From contig NC_042997.1 in NCBI RefSeq assembly GCF_006345805.1, positions 21,576,001 through 21,640,000 on the forward strand: a stretch of DNA of 64,000 nucleotides, written 5' to 3'. How positions within the stretch are numbered: position 1 is the stretch's first letter; each line of letters opens with the position of its first letter. This stretch comes from Octopus sinensis. Taxonomy: Eukaryota. Below the pieces are notes generated by a model. That model was not told the origin of the DNA. It saw only the letters and a program-made list of their open reading frames with translations, and did not search any database. Shown in pieces: positions 39,019-52,610 of the stretch. The translations under genes were made by a program, and so were the position numbers.

Positions 39019-39140
39019 ATATATATATATATAATATATTTTGTGAAATTTGATTGAGTATTTCTAAACTGAATTTTTCCCTGTAAGTTTGGAATAATAT
39101 TCCCTCATATTATTTATATATATATACGCACACCCCCCCC

Positions 39141-39180
<40 letters not shown>

Positions 39181-39364
39181 AATATATATATATATGTATA
39201 TGTATGTATGTATGTATATATATATATACGTGTGTGTATATACATACATATTATATATATATATATTATATATATATATGTATACCTACATATGCATGTG
39301 CGTATACACACACATACGTATACCCACACACATGCACGGACGGACGCACTCACACACACACACA

Positions 39365-39405
<41 letters not shown>

Positions 39406-39426
39406 CTCTCTCTCTATATATATATA

Positions 39427-39507
<81 letters not shown>

Positions 39508-40426
39508 TCATATATAATTTTACTATATAAGTCGTCGGCAAGGCTTATATGATAAAATTACTTTAAAATGTTCTGTGAGCTTGCTGTGGGAGGGTGGAAA
39601 ATCGAACGTTTCGGAGAGAGACATTCTTCAAGGAAAAGTTGAAAGGAGAGAAATTAACGAGAGGCAGTAGAATATGTATATACGAGCGTACCTATGTATG
39701 TACGTTTGCGTTTGTGTACATGCATAAATATGTATGGATATTCCTTTTTATCAAAAACATATACCAAACACCACACATTGTTTACAAAACACAATGTCAC
39801 TGCCAAACACGTTATCTTCTAGACAGCGTGTTTACTCTAATTTTAATTACAACTAAACATATTGCGCCAAAGAAAGAGTCTTTATGTGGTCTCTCGATGT
39901 ACTACAAATAGCAATCAAATTTTCTTCCTGTACTAGAAGGTAAATGACTGTGAAAATAGGGTCAAAGATGTACACTGTATTAAAACAAAGAAGGTGGGAC
40001 GGACATGACACTAATGCATTCTACCATAGATCCAATTGATCAAGACTGACGCAGAGTTAAACAATAACATGAATAAAGCACGAAATTTGTTGAAATCTAC
40101 AGAAACGTTTTCCCCTTCTAATATGTAAGAAGATTAACTAAGTAAAATTTTATGTTGAGAACGTGATAAGACTTCGATTCTAATTTCTTTTCATTTATGC
40201 AACTATTCTCTTCTCCGTCTTAAACAGTTCAACATAGTAATTTCCCTTTCCTGAGGCCTTATGTTTAATTAAATTGAATCAATATTTGCTGTGAATAATT
40301 GAGAATTCTAATTTTTATGAATTTTCGCTTTAAGTATATAAATGAAAACAAACCGAATTAATTAATTTTCATATGATAAATGTATTCAAGATAATTGGAA
40401 AAAAAGATACTTGTGTAACAAAAATT

Positions 40427-40473
<47 letters not shown>

Positions 40474-40511
40474 ACTAGATAGATAAGCAGACGTTTGAAG
40501 GATATATATAC

Positions 40512-40545
<34 letters not shown>

Positions 40546-41949
40546 CAAATGCAGGCAAATTTAGCTAGAAAGCTTAACACAGAAGAAAATAGAAAACATA
40601 GTTAATGTATAATAAGAATAACAATAATTGGCTTCATCAAATTTTTTTTAATATCATAACTCATGATCCATACAGTTTCATTTGAAACGTTATATCATAT
40701 ACAACCAGCCATTAATCCATTAATTATTAAAGTTTAATTTCTGCTCCAGCTGTCTTTTGAAGGATTAGTGAGTTAATCAGAGGTTAAATCCTATATAAAT
40801 GCTGTTGGGAAAATAATTCGAAACTGTGGCCGGTTGATACTAAATATTGAGGTGGCGCCTATTGTTGTTGCTGCTTTTTTTTTTTCCAAGTTCGGTTTCA
40901 TAAAACAATCATCGATCTCATTAATATGCATAATTCTATATGACGTTGATTTACAGTAAATGTCTCCTTCAGAAAGCAGTATATACAAGAAAATATTTCC
41001 GTTATATAAAATCTTAAGAGACTGAGCCATCGAGATTCATGTGCTTTGGTCACTGGTTCAGAGCTGTACCAAAGATAGGCTACTAATCGTTGAACAACTC
41101 AGTTGGTATTTAGACTCCGTACCGACTCAACTAGTTGCAACACTATGTTTATAAAATACTCTGACAGAGTTGAAAGAAACTTTTTTAAGTGTGACAACCT
41201 CAAAAAATGAAAAAATAAGAAATCAGATAAAGCAATTAAAAGGTTAACAGAAAACCAGTCAGAGAGAGTGGAGCTGGTGGTGAAAATATATAGATATATT
41301 TATCAAAACAGTTTGCAATTATTTAGAAGTATTGAAGACAAACACCCCGAAATGAAAATTGTAAATAGATTTCCAAGTGAGTGATAATTCAAGCCAATAT
41401 AAACACACGTCTATGATTGATGTTTTCGGGGTTACATAAAGTAAATTACCCCAAACAACCTCCCAGTCATGATCTCTGCGGATGAAATATAATCAGATAG
41501 AATAATTCTATCGTCTGTTATTTATACTGAGTAACAAATGTCAAATACATTATAGCTTTAATAATAATTTCTTGTCTTGATCGAGTTAGCTACATAGGTG
41601 TAGCTACGTGCGATATAATTATTGCCAACTAACAAAGCCACCCGATGATTTGAAGTTGAATAGTTAATTAAACCCCATTAATGAGTTGCGTGGTGACGGA
41701 ATTGATCAAAGAAACAACTCGAATTGGCAAGAACAGATATTTCTAAAGTTATTTACTTGGAAATTTTTATTTTAGATTCGCACACTTAATTTATCCAAAA
41801 AGCAAGGAATTTCTTAAAAATGTCAAAAATAATAACAGAAATTAATTGAACTATTTTTGTGGTTCTGTTATAAGCAAGTAATTGTAATTTTTGTTGTTGG
41901 TACTGTTAATATGATATTCAAATGCGAAGTACAGTTCTCATGACCTTTG

Positions 41950-43700
41950 TATTCCCGCCTCTGATTAGAAGGATCAATGCGGTTGATATTCAAGTTTTTT
42001 ATCTATCTGTAGGTCGATGTATGTAAGAACAAGTAGGAAACTATAAAATGTTGCAGGAAATAATAAAAAGTTGCAGAGGAGGAATTGGGTGAAGTATTTA
42101 GTGCAGAATCTGGGAATGCGACACAGTCAGGGTCACGTAATGATAAGAATTAGTCGGATAGCCCTGATTGGAGGAGTAATGCAATTAGATAGTTTAGAGA
42201 AGTAGCACCGGGTTATACGAGAGGTGTAACAGTTAGTGAGATGAAACAACACACCATCTGTAAAATCTGATTATTGTTTCTGAATGAATCAGATGTATTT
42301 AGTTAAAATGGCTTTCATTTGAATGGTGGATAGGATCTTAGTGTGTGTATAAGTGGTAATCCGATGTTGTTTTTACTTAACCTTTGTAGAATTCAGTTAG
42401 CTGACAATGTCTAAATATTTCTTGACTCAAAAGAGGAACCATTGTCAAATTAGGTGTGTGTACTGAAGGAAATCTGTCGAGTTTCACATCAGATGATAGG
42501 AGTTCACTAAAGTTGATAGAGTCTAGATGGACACATGCTGTGATTATGCAGTTTATAAGAAATTCGTTCGAAGAGGTGAGCGATGGAAAGTCCTCGTTAA
42601 GTTGCCTAGTTACAAGCAACTTTTCTCCAAGATTGAGGTTTATTACTGAAGACAAAGGGATTAAGGAATTTGGCTAAGGTAGAAATTTGCATCGACGTAT
42701 AAACGCTGGGTATGTTAATTAGGAGCGATTACAACAGCTTTCATATAAGGTTACTGTTTGTAGGTTAAAATGAAAATGGACGTATTGAAGATTAGTAAAT
42801 TGTGAAGGGATTTGGGAGGAGTTAGAAAAGTGAAACGTGATTGCTGATGACAGAACTTGATTAAGAAATGATGAGGATGAGGGTTTGTCAATGCTGGTAG
42901 AACACATTGCAGCCATTTTTAGGTGGGCTGACCGTGAGATGCACGAAAGTTTTTTTCTTTGCATTTGTATAGGCTTTGATAGATAAAAGTGTCCAAGATG
43001 ATGCTGACAAAGTGGTAGTGTTATAGAAGGCTTGTGGGATTTAGTTGTGATTGTGTGAGTGATCTAATCGAACTAGGAAGATTGATTTTGTCCACCTCTT
43101 AGATTCTCAGATATATAGAACACATTTTCGGCCATAGCTATTCAGCATAAAGCTAATGGGGATTCAGTCTGTGAGGTAAATTGATGTAGAACAGAGATAG
43201 AAGTTAGGGTCGTATGCAGTAGGATAATATCAAGTGCCTTGCCTCAAAGATGAGATCATTTGAAACTACAGAGACATCGATGATTGAGTTTAGAATTAAA
43301 CAGTTCTCAAGGATATTTAGGATGAGTACAGAAACAAGAAGAGCAGTTATGTACTCTAAAACCACTGAAAATGAGTACTTCAGAATGAAGTCATGTGAGA
43401 TTGATGCTTTAATGCGAGTCGTAAACTACCCCGCAAAAATCTAAGTGTTGGTAATCGAAAGAATTTGTAAGAAAAAGAAATACCAGATGATCTTAGAGGA
43501 ATAGTGGATGGAAATTTTGAGGTAAAGTAGCTGGAATGAAATCAAGATAATATACATGAGTGATGAAATGAATGGATTCTCCTTACACCGATGGTACCAA
43601 ATTTCAGAACAAAGCCAGAATCTAGAGGGTAGCCGGGACAGTGAGTGAGAAAAACGTGTCTTAGAGAGGAATGTGTATTTTTGTGTCATGTTTATTCTAT
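41950..43700 (-). mobile_element. Possible very old Penelope-like ORF remnant
   Basis: Only faint broken motifs (HRCKENPFI near the N-terminus, SSNEF...LLSSDV, KQ.IGLP). Confidence 0.3.
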
Positions 43701-44229
43701 TAATTTTTCATGTCTAATTTTAATTGTTTTTTTTTTTATTGTTTGGTCACTGGGTCTTCGTGAAAACTGGCAAGTTCATAAATTCAACGTAGTATAGAAA
43801 TTTGAAAATTAAGAAACATTTTCTCAATGAAAATTATCTGTGTAGTAGTAGTCTTTCATAGTATTGCATTTTCAGTTTTCATTCTATTTAAACGCTCAAG
43901 TTGTGGTCCTTAAAAATACCGCAGTCAAAATACAGGAATAATTTTTTTTATTTGTCGCTTGAACTATTTTTAATAAATGATTTAAATTACATGCAATCAG
44001 ATACAATCTTCAGAAGTTCTGGAAAAGTGTTGCGTTTCTTTGACTTTGTCCTGGGTTTTGGCCGCCCTGTATGATAACCAAATTAGATGTCCTCTTCCTT
44101 AATCGTAACATACCTTCAACAAGAACAACAATACATATATATACAGTGGTCACCTTGTGCGATCTGCATACCCCGTTTACCCAGTTGCCAAGTGTGGAGG
44201 GAGGTGGTTCAAACAAAAAGATACAAAGA

Positions 44230-44318
<89 letters not shown>

Positions 44319-47300
44319 TATATATATGAAGAGTTTCTTTCAGTTTCCGTCTACTAAATCCATATTTTATCTGAGATTATTCTGTCTTTTTGTTTATCGA
44401 GGTGTACATTATCTACTGTGTCTATTTTTAAAGACAGTAGTATGCTTCCTTTAAAAATATTGGCTACTATGTTTAGCAGGTCGAATGACAAGTTTGAGGT
44501 TCCTATGTTGGTTTTGCTGGTTATTTATTGTTGTTACAGTCATAAGTACTTCTCTGTATGTTCACTAGATTGTTGATGCGGTCGGTCAATATTATTTAAG
44601 AAACAAATTTTTCTAGCAATTGTTCAGATTGGTGTTGGCTTACAATAGTTAACCTGTTTGTGTTTGCTTTCTTGGCAATAGATTTCTATATCTATTAGTA
44701 GTGGATTCCTATTCCTCTAATTTCTTATTCAAGAGATAAAGCAGACCAGCGATTTAAATTAAATCTTACATCATTGAGCAAACTATTAAAATGTAACATT
44801 TTTAAATGACATTTTCCAACAGACACCTATGTATGTTCTAAAATAGCTAAAGCGTAATTAATTATACCCAGTTCCGGAGAATTTCGTGATTCTGTTGTCG
44901 TCATTGCGAAAATCATTAGCAAACATCCTTGCTACTAGCTTAACAATAATTAGTTTACCTGGACAGTAGAACGTGCGAAATTCGTAATGAAAGCATTACA
45001 GATAATGGCTTAAATTACCTGCAGTTGGCTACACAATTTATGTAGGAACCTTTATTACTAAACCACGGGTATTAATAATGTTTTTATTCACTAGACCATC
45101 GATGTACAAATAATTATTGTTGCAATATAATGTTATTTAACATTACCTGTTAATAATGGCGGCCACAATGAACTAATATCAGCGCTAAGCTTACTCACTG
45201 AGCTAACAACAACCGTCATGTGCACTGCTTCTTTGATTTCATTCTGGTCTTCTATCAAATATGGACTTTTCATTCCATAGCAATATATGCTTTTCTGTTT
45301 CGTATCATCTGTTCAGCATTCATGATAGCAGTTCGATTTAGCATTAAAGTCTTTGTTTATTCTGAACCGCCTAAAGTCGTTTTATTCTTTTATTATTTTT
45401 CCTGATTTCTGTCAGTGGTTGCGACCATGCTGTGGCACCTCATTCTACGGTTTTAGTTGATTCCAGTCTGCAACTTATTTTATCGAATCAATATTTATTA
45501 AATCGGCAAGTTATGCTTTTTGACACAAAGTACACGAGAGTAGCAAGCAGACACTCACACATACACCCACACGCACATACACACACACATACGCATACAC
45601 ATACACACACACATACAAACTAGCAACCAAACATACACACAGGCTCACTAACATACACGTATACACATATATACACATAAGGTGGAGTCGGCAGAGTCAC
45701 AGATAGTTTGCTTTGCAGCAATTGTTTCCGACTCTCTACAGCCTGAGTTCAAATCCCAGCGAGGTCAATTTGCTGTTCATTCTTTCGGGGTCAATAGATA
45801 AAATACCAGTTCTATACTCGAATCAATTCTTCTAAATCCCTTACTCTTTCTTTCTGGCCACCTATCTTTTTTTCTCCTAGAAACTGATTGTAGTGGGACC
45901 TGAGACGAATATACTCCCTCAGTTCTAAAAACGCCGAAAACATGCCGTATAATGTATTGTTACCCCCACGTTTCTATCAAGGTACGCGCGCTCGCAAATG
46001 CAATGGCTTACTGTACAGTTCCAATGTAACTGTTTCATTTCATGTATGAAGGCTAACAAGAAGCTATAGCACGAGTTATTGTTTAAAGTGGGATCTAATG
46101 CGGAAACAGGTAGTTGTAAAGGCAACATTTGTACCATAAAGCTATGTCCGCGTCTTTAAAATAACTTACATATATGCATGCAAAATACAACTTGTACGCT
46201 TTTTGCATCTCTTTGTTTCTGTTTTATTTTGGTAGTGCTTTTGTAACGGGTAATTTTCAGATAGTTTTGCATAATCGCTGAACTTTTTCAGATAGAGTAG
46301 AATCTCAGTGGGTTTTGTTAAAACCGTTACATTCTGCTTCTGAATAACAGTGGATTATATAGAAAGGTTCGATTTCAGGAATGTGTTTTAGGTTACTCAT
46401 TTCTTGTTTATAAGCTAATTTAACAGAATTTATAGAATTAATACCGAGCCATTTACAAAGCGACACCATCTGCGTGAAAAACAGTAGTTATGTTAAATCT
46501 CGAAGTAATTCCAGTTTTCTAAGTTACCCTGTGTACATTTTCGTACATTTATTTATAATTCTTCTACTACTATTTTATCAATTGCAATAGAGTTCATAAT
46601 TGCTGATGAGGCCATAATAACACCGAAACCACCCCATCGCTTCCAGAAAAATAATTATATTAATCAAAGGCCAATATAGTTTATTTTTCCTTAACGCATT
46701 ATTATTCATCGTTAGCTTCTTGATTATCTTTGCATTAAATAAGCTACCACAGAATATCTAATTGCTAAAGAACATACTAATCTTGTCATGCTAAATGACC
46801 TGCCTTGATTTGATTAACCTATTTACAACGGACGAAGTATTGTCAGTTGTCAGTTGTCAGAATTAGAGAAAAACAGGCCAAATACACCATCAACGGGTAA
46901 ACATACCAACTAATAAAATAAGGACATGTTGTATGTGCAGCATGTCCTCGGTGTCATCAGTTGGTATCTTCGTGTTATGCAACGTTTTTATGCGACATGA
47001 TTTATAAGTACTGTTGACTTCCAGATCAAGAAGTAAATTCACCCAAAAGGGAAAAAGGTTATTTATCTATCCACCATTATCAGTACAAATGGATAGCATT
47101 TGTATGGAATATTTCGAAGACTTAAGACAGTACAGTACTGAAACCGGAACGTATATTCATATCCTTGTATAATGTTTTAGGCCCTGCTTTACATATCATA
47201 GTGAAAGCATGGTAAATGTTACCAAATCACACCCGTGGTCTTATTTTGTTTTACGTATTAATGATATTAAAGTTTCTATATAACCATGAGGTGTTGTGCC

Positions 47301-47329
47301 TATGATATCATTATAGCAATTTAGAACGC

Positions 47330-47585
47330 AGGAGGGCGAGCTGGCAGAATCATTAGCACGCCGGGCGAAATGCCTAACGGTATTTCGTCTGCCGCTACGT
47401 TCTGAGTTCAAATTCCGCCGAGGTCGACTTTGCTTTCATCCTTTCGGGGTCGATTAAATAAGTACCAGTTACGCATTGGGGTCGATATAATCGACTTAAT
47501 CCCTTTGTCTGTCCTTGTTTGTTCACTCTATGTTTAGCCCCTTGCGGGTAGTAAAGAAATAGGTATTTCGTTTGCCGCTACGTTA
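47330..47585 (+). mobile_element. SINE (ggcgagctggcag family)
   Basis: Near-consensus match to 27449-27700. Confidence 0.85.
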
Positions 47586-47689
47586 TTCTGCCGTTACATA
47601 CTCAGAGAAACAACTTAAGGTTACTAGCAATAATATGTATCAAAATTTAAATATAAAAGCACCCATCATTGGCCAGTCGTGTAGGTATA

Positions 47690-48010
47690 TTGCTCTTACA
47701 CGATATTACAAGACCACATATTGATCAAGTCACTTCGTCTCATTCCTCTTTACCCCCCTGGCTTTGCTCCATTTGACTATCTTTTCACATCATTGCAGTA
47801 ATTATTTACAAGGAAAACAACTTATTACTTTTGGAAAGATATTGAATGTTTCTTCATTTCGAAATCTGAAGAATTTTACGCCCGAGGAATTGACAGTTTG
47901 CCAGATAAATGGGATTATGTTATGAAAGAGGGAGAAATATTATCTTGATTAGGTATATCAATTAAGATCAAAGACGCATTTGTTTCTTTCCCAACATGAA
48001 ATGCAACCTG
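47690..48010 (+). mobile_element. Mariner transposase C-terminal fragment
   Basis: Broken LHD..RPH, a HPPYSPDLAPSDYHLF-like stretch (cattcctctttaccccctggctttgctccatttgactatcttttc) and FF.SKSEEFY.RGI.SLPDKW. Confidence 0.65.
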
Positions 48011-49324
48011 ACATATGAAGGAAATAATTATATACCAAAGTTAAAAGTACACAAACTTTGACACGTTTTTGTTTATTGCCAGCTAGCTCCGAATGAACGA
48101 CCCATGATTAAATGAATATAAATATTATTTTTATGTTCAGCGGACATGGGACTGCGTTATTTAATACGTCCTAGTTTTCTAAGACGCTAAAGCATTATTT
48201 GAAGGCGATTTAGTTGCTATCTCTAGCATATCAGTATTCCATGTACAGGCTCCCCTATGGTTGGCTTTTTTTAATTGATATTTCATTCTCCATAGTGGCA
48301 AGAAACAGTTCATATGTTGATAAACAAAGATATAAAATATGTAACCCCACATACGTTACAATGTATAATTAGGTGAATGTATATATATGTATACAAGAAA
48401 AGTGTACTATTGGATATTCACTGTATTTATTTACGCATGTGGTCTCGGATAGTTTCCTAATATTCTGTATTCTTCCTTGAGTATATGTGAAAATGTAGGT
48501 GTACATATAAGTGTTTGAATTTGTGCAGTGTGAGTGTAAGTGTGCATGTGTGTGTATGTGTGTAAGACTGCGTTGTGCGTGCGTGCGTGCGTGGCCGTAT
48601 GTGTGTGTGTGTGTGTGTGCGTGCGTGTCCGTGTGTGTGTGTGCCCGTGTCCGTTTGTGTGTGTGTGTGATATAGAAAACTACCGTTTGCTTTTCGTACG
48701 CAGAAGGCTTTATAAATTCTAAATCGGAAATGACACCCATATTAAATTAAGTAATCTTACATATACAAACACGAATCTCATTTTTCAGTTACATCCATTC
48801 CATACGTGACTACCTACTGACCTTTTTCTGATTATCTGCTGACCTTTCTGGTTATATATTGACCTTTCTTCTTGCTTAACAACACCGCTCACCTTACCAA
48901 ATTCTCGTGTCATATTTTAGTGAAAGAAGTTCACACATAATAAACGACGGTGAACTATATTTCTGGGACATTAAGTAACAACATAAATTCCTCTTTCTTA
49001 CTAATTTAAAGAGATATTCCTTAACCTCTCTGGTTATAAATTTTATTCATAATACTCGCGCTAAACATCACAGATCAAAACATAACACAATATGTATTTG
49101 TTTCAAAGTTGCTATGGGTATTTTTGAAATCAAGTAATAATAACGATTTCTTCGACACAAAATTCGTGTAAGTTGCATACTTGCCAGGTTATTTATTATC
49201 TAATGAACCCCAGACGAGCGAAAAATAAATAAAGTCGATAATGATTGAAGTCAAGACGCATTGAGACGAAACTAAATGCTATAAAGCATCATTTAGCTCA
49301 GTGCCCTAGCCACTCTGCAATCAC

Positions 49325-49625
49325 ATGACGTTGTTGTTGATGTTGGTGGTGGTGGTGGTGGTGGTGGTGGTGGTGGTTGGTGGTGGTGCTGGTGGTGCTG
49401 GTGCTGGTGCTGGTGGTGCTGGTGCTGCTGGTGCTGGTGCTGGTGCTGGTGCTGGTGCTGGTGTGCTGGTGCTGGTGGTGCTGGTACTGGTGGTGGCGGT
49501 GATGATGATGATGAGGAGGAGGAGGGGGGAAGGGGAGGGGAGGGGAGGGGGAGGGGAGGGGGTAGGAAGAGGACGACGACGACGACGACAACGAGGACGA
49601 CGGCGACCATCAACAACAATAATGA
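49325..49625. repeat. Compound microsatellite (GGT, GGTGCT, GAT, GAG, GAC, AAC)
   Basis: Directly visible; gives spurious low-complexity ORFs in several frames. Confidence 0.9.
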
Positions 49626-50576
49626 TGATAGAGCGGAGAATGGTAACGCCCTTCCTTCTAACAACACTCATTGCCTTACTTCAAATCACGAAACCGTTTA
49701 ACATCTTTTAATCATTTTCCAATTTCCTTATTTATTCGTTAATATATTTCTGTCCAGAGTTTCCTTGGTGACGATTAATTATTATTTTTTTACATTAAGC
49801 ACAAGGCTTCAATTTTACTTAAGAAGTCAATAAATCGATTGTTTAAATCCATGTGGAGTACTCAGATATAGTTTATCAACCCATGAATGATGAAAAGCAA
49901 ATCAGAAGTTCGATACTAATATAAAAGCATATGACATAGAACGTAGTTTCAGATAGGGGCGGGGTAGGGACAAATCGATGATTTCAACCCAATACTTGAG
50001 TGATATGTAACGAGTATGTGAGTGAATATCTTCTCTGGACCTTTTGGGGGTGCGAGAAGCAATCACTTTCCGTTGCTTTAATAATCCAGATTCTCTACCA
50101 GTCAGAAACAACAAGACGCAGACGTAAAAAATAGATATACTTTATTGTTTTATACCGGTGAGAAATCAGTGGTATATCTGATGTCCTTGGTTCTGGGCGC
50201 GCAAGGCTGAAAGTTAATCGATTGCAATATTTACAATGTTCAGCCGCTAAAAACAGAACGGGTTAAAGATGGCGTCCGGAACAGGGAAGATGATGTGGTC
50301 GGCAACAATTTGGTTAAAAGCTTTCGGCCGACTGCTGCTAGAATCAAATTCGGACAGAGAGAAAATATACGTGACCGTTGCCTTCGATAGCCATGTCTCA
50401 AGTCACTGCCTGCTGCTGCTATCACCCCGGACCCCTTTTAAGGTTCACCTTCCCTTCGCCATACAAGCCAAACACCACGTCAGCAAATTCCTACTTCCGG
50501 TGGTGAAAGCACCAACCCGCACGCGCGAAACAGGAATGGACGGTGCGCGCGCGCGCCGCTGTGTAGCGTCACTACA

Positions 50577-50590
50577 GAGCTCCACCCCAG
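50577..50590 (-). promoter_or_regulatory. Polypurine tract
   Basis: ctggggtggagctc immediately precedes the 3' LTR start tgtagtgac. Confidence 0.65.
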
Positions 50591-52026
50591 TGCGAAAGCA
50601 CGACACAAAATTCCTTGTAGTGACTATAAAACTCAAGGTGGATACCAGATAACCAAATAGCACACAATATAATAAAAATGGCAAAATTTACATCATACAT
50701 AAGAAATTTACCAAAAGGAAAAAATACTCAAAATGAGCAAAATCAAAGGTGCATGCGTGAAAGTGGATACGTCACAAAGTATAGAGCCTTCCGCTGTAGG
50801 GAGCGGGAGGAAAGCAAACTCACAGTTAATGAACCTAGGCGAAATTAAATCCAACTTCTGTAAAGGTAGTTGATCCTGCGAAATAGCAGTTAAGTCAATT
50901 GCTGCAGGAGAGGAAATGGAATCGACAGATAGATCGCCAGTAACACAAAAGGCGACAGTGCAAGCATGCTGGTGTGATGCGTGACACAGATAATTTTCTC
51001 TGTTAATTACGTGACCAACAGGGGTCTAACAGGGAAAAGAATTAAGCTAACGCAAACGTGTTGCAAAAACAAGGCAATACACGTGCGAAGCAAAGGCGCA
51101 TGAAATGCAATAGAGCTTGCCAGACCGAAAAACAGCAATGAATATGCCAGTGGTTGAGCGATTATATGCCTCGTTCGTACAGGAACAAAAGTATGGCATG
51201 CCGGCGCGTTATAATGGACAAACAACCCTCTCTATGTATACGTGACCCCTAGGGTCTATAGAAATGAGGTGTGTCCACAAAAGGCAAAATTTAGCATGGA
51301 AAAAAAAACAAGCGAGAAAAGCATGTGTGACGTATGTATGTGAGAGAGATAGCATTTATGTGTGTGTACGTGTGTGCGAAAAAAATACATACAAGGTGAA
51401 ATGCGAGCAAAAAAATAAATACAGCGCATAGAAAAAATGTCTCTCAGGGCTATTCCAGACAATGGAGTTAATTTACCAGTCTGTAATAGCCTGATGCACA
51501 ATAGCAGTTCGTTCTGTAACAGAATGTTGAGATCACAAATGCAGATTCCGATTGAACACATATCGTGTAGCGGTTGTGGCTTCAATGCTGTGACAGGTTA
51601 ACTGGAACAGAAGAATCTCGTAGATAGTGCTGGGCTGTTAATTCTTGGCGCGCTATGCACGAACAGCGTGAAAGCTAAAGTTCCGCGAGTTGCTATGTAC
51701 ATCTTGGTCGACGGTGTTGAAAGGCGACGGTGGTGGTGGAAGGCGACTGTAGTGGACTTGAGACAACATTGTTCTTAGTGTTGATGGCGACGAAGATAAC
51801 GACGACGTGAAGTTCTAAGACGACGATGACGACGGTAGAGAAAAGGCATCGATGATATGATGGCGTCCGTCATCATTGTTGAAGAATAAGAAAAGGGCTC
51901 CTTCTATAACGGTCCGAGAGGACGGAAACAAATCGTCGAAAGATGAATGCGTAGAGTTAATCGTGTTCCGACTTCGCAGAAAAACTGGATTTCTTTGTTG
52001 TTAAGTGATCTCTGGTTTTAGACCAG

Positions 52027-52046
52027 AATCACGTCGGGTGTCACCA
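52027..52046 (-). promoter_or_regulatory. Primer-binding site, tRNA-Trp type
   Basis: tggtgacacccgacgtgatt lies 1 nt downstream of the 5' LTR. It equals the complement of the metazoan tRNA-Trp 3' end (TGGTGACCCCGACGTGATT) with one extra A. Confidence 0.8.
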
Positions 52047-52610
52047 CTGTAACGAGAGATGGGTGTGAATATCTTCTCTGGACCTTTTGGGGGTGCGAGA
52101 AGCAATCACTTTCCGTTGCTTTAATAATCCAGAATTCTACCCGTCAAAGAAACACAAAACGCAGACGTAAAAATATACGTGACCGTTGCCTTCGATAGCC
52201 ATGTCTCAAGTCACTGCCTGCTGCTGCTATCACTCCGGACCCCTTTTAAGGTTCACCTTCCCTTCGCCATACAAGCCAAACGCCACGTCAGCAAATTCCT
52301 ACTTCCGGTGGTGAAAGCACCAACCCCGGACGCGCGAAACAGGAATGGACGGTGCGCGCGCGCGCCGCTGTATAGCGTCACTACAGATACTTTGTTATCG
52401 ACCCCCAGAAGGATGAAGACAAAGTTCGACTGGATAGATTTACACTTAGAACGCCGAGGTCAACTTTGTCTTTTATCCTCTCGTGGTCGGTAAATTAAGT
52501 ATCACTTGAGTACTTGGAGATGTGATCGACTATATCCCTCCCCACAAAATTCAGGTTTTATGCCTGTTGTTAAAAGGACTATCATTATTATTATTATTAT
52601 TATTATTATT

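Larger units (their letters stand above)
50006..52385 (-). mobile_element. Non-autonomous Gypsy-like LTR retroelement with a 4-bp TSD (GATA)
   Basis: Direct-repeat LTRs at 52048-52385 and 50006-50576, both TG..CA on the minus strand. gata at 50002-50005 and 52386-52389. The 1471-bp interior has no recognisable pol. Confidence 0.85.

Noticed and set aside
39595-39635. Minus-strand cttgaaga...gaaacgtt hammerhead-like motif
   Set aside because: Stem I and stem II cannot be paired.
44520-44860. Possible further PLE RT remnant on the minus strand
   Set aside because: Motifs are too eroded to call by eye.
46595-46640. CTGATGA followed by GAAAC
   Set aside because: Stem II has only 2 bp, and there is no stem I or III partner in any permutation.
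49293-49711. Pro/His/Gly-rich ORFs resembling a low-complexity protein
   Set aside because: A compound microsatellite open in several frames on both strands, with no splice or flanking coding evidence.
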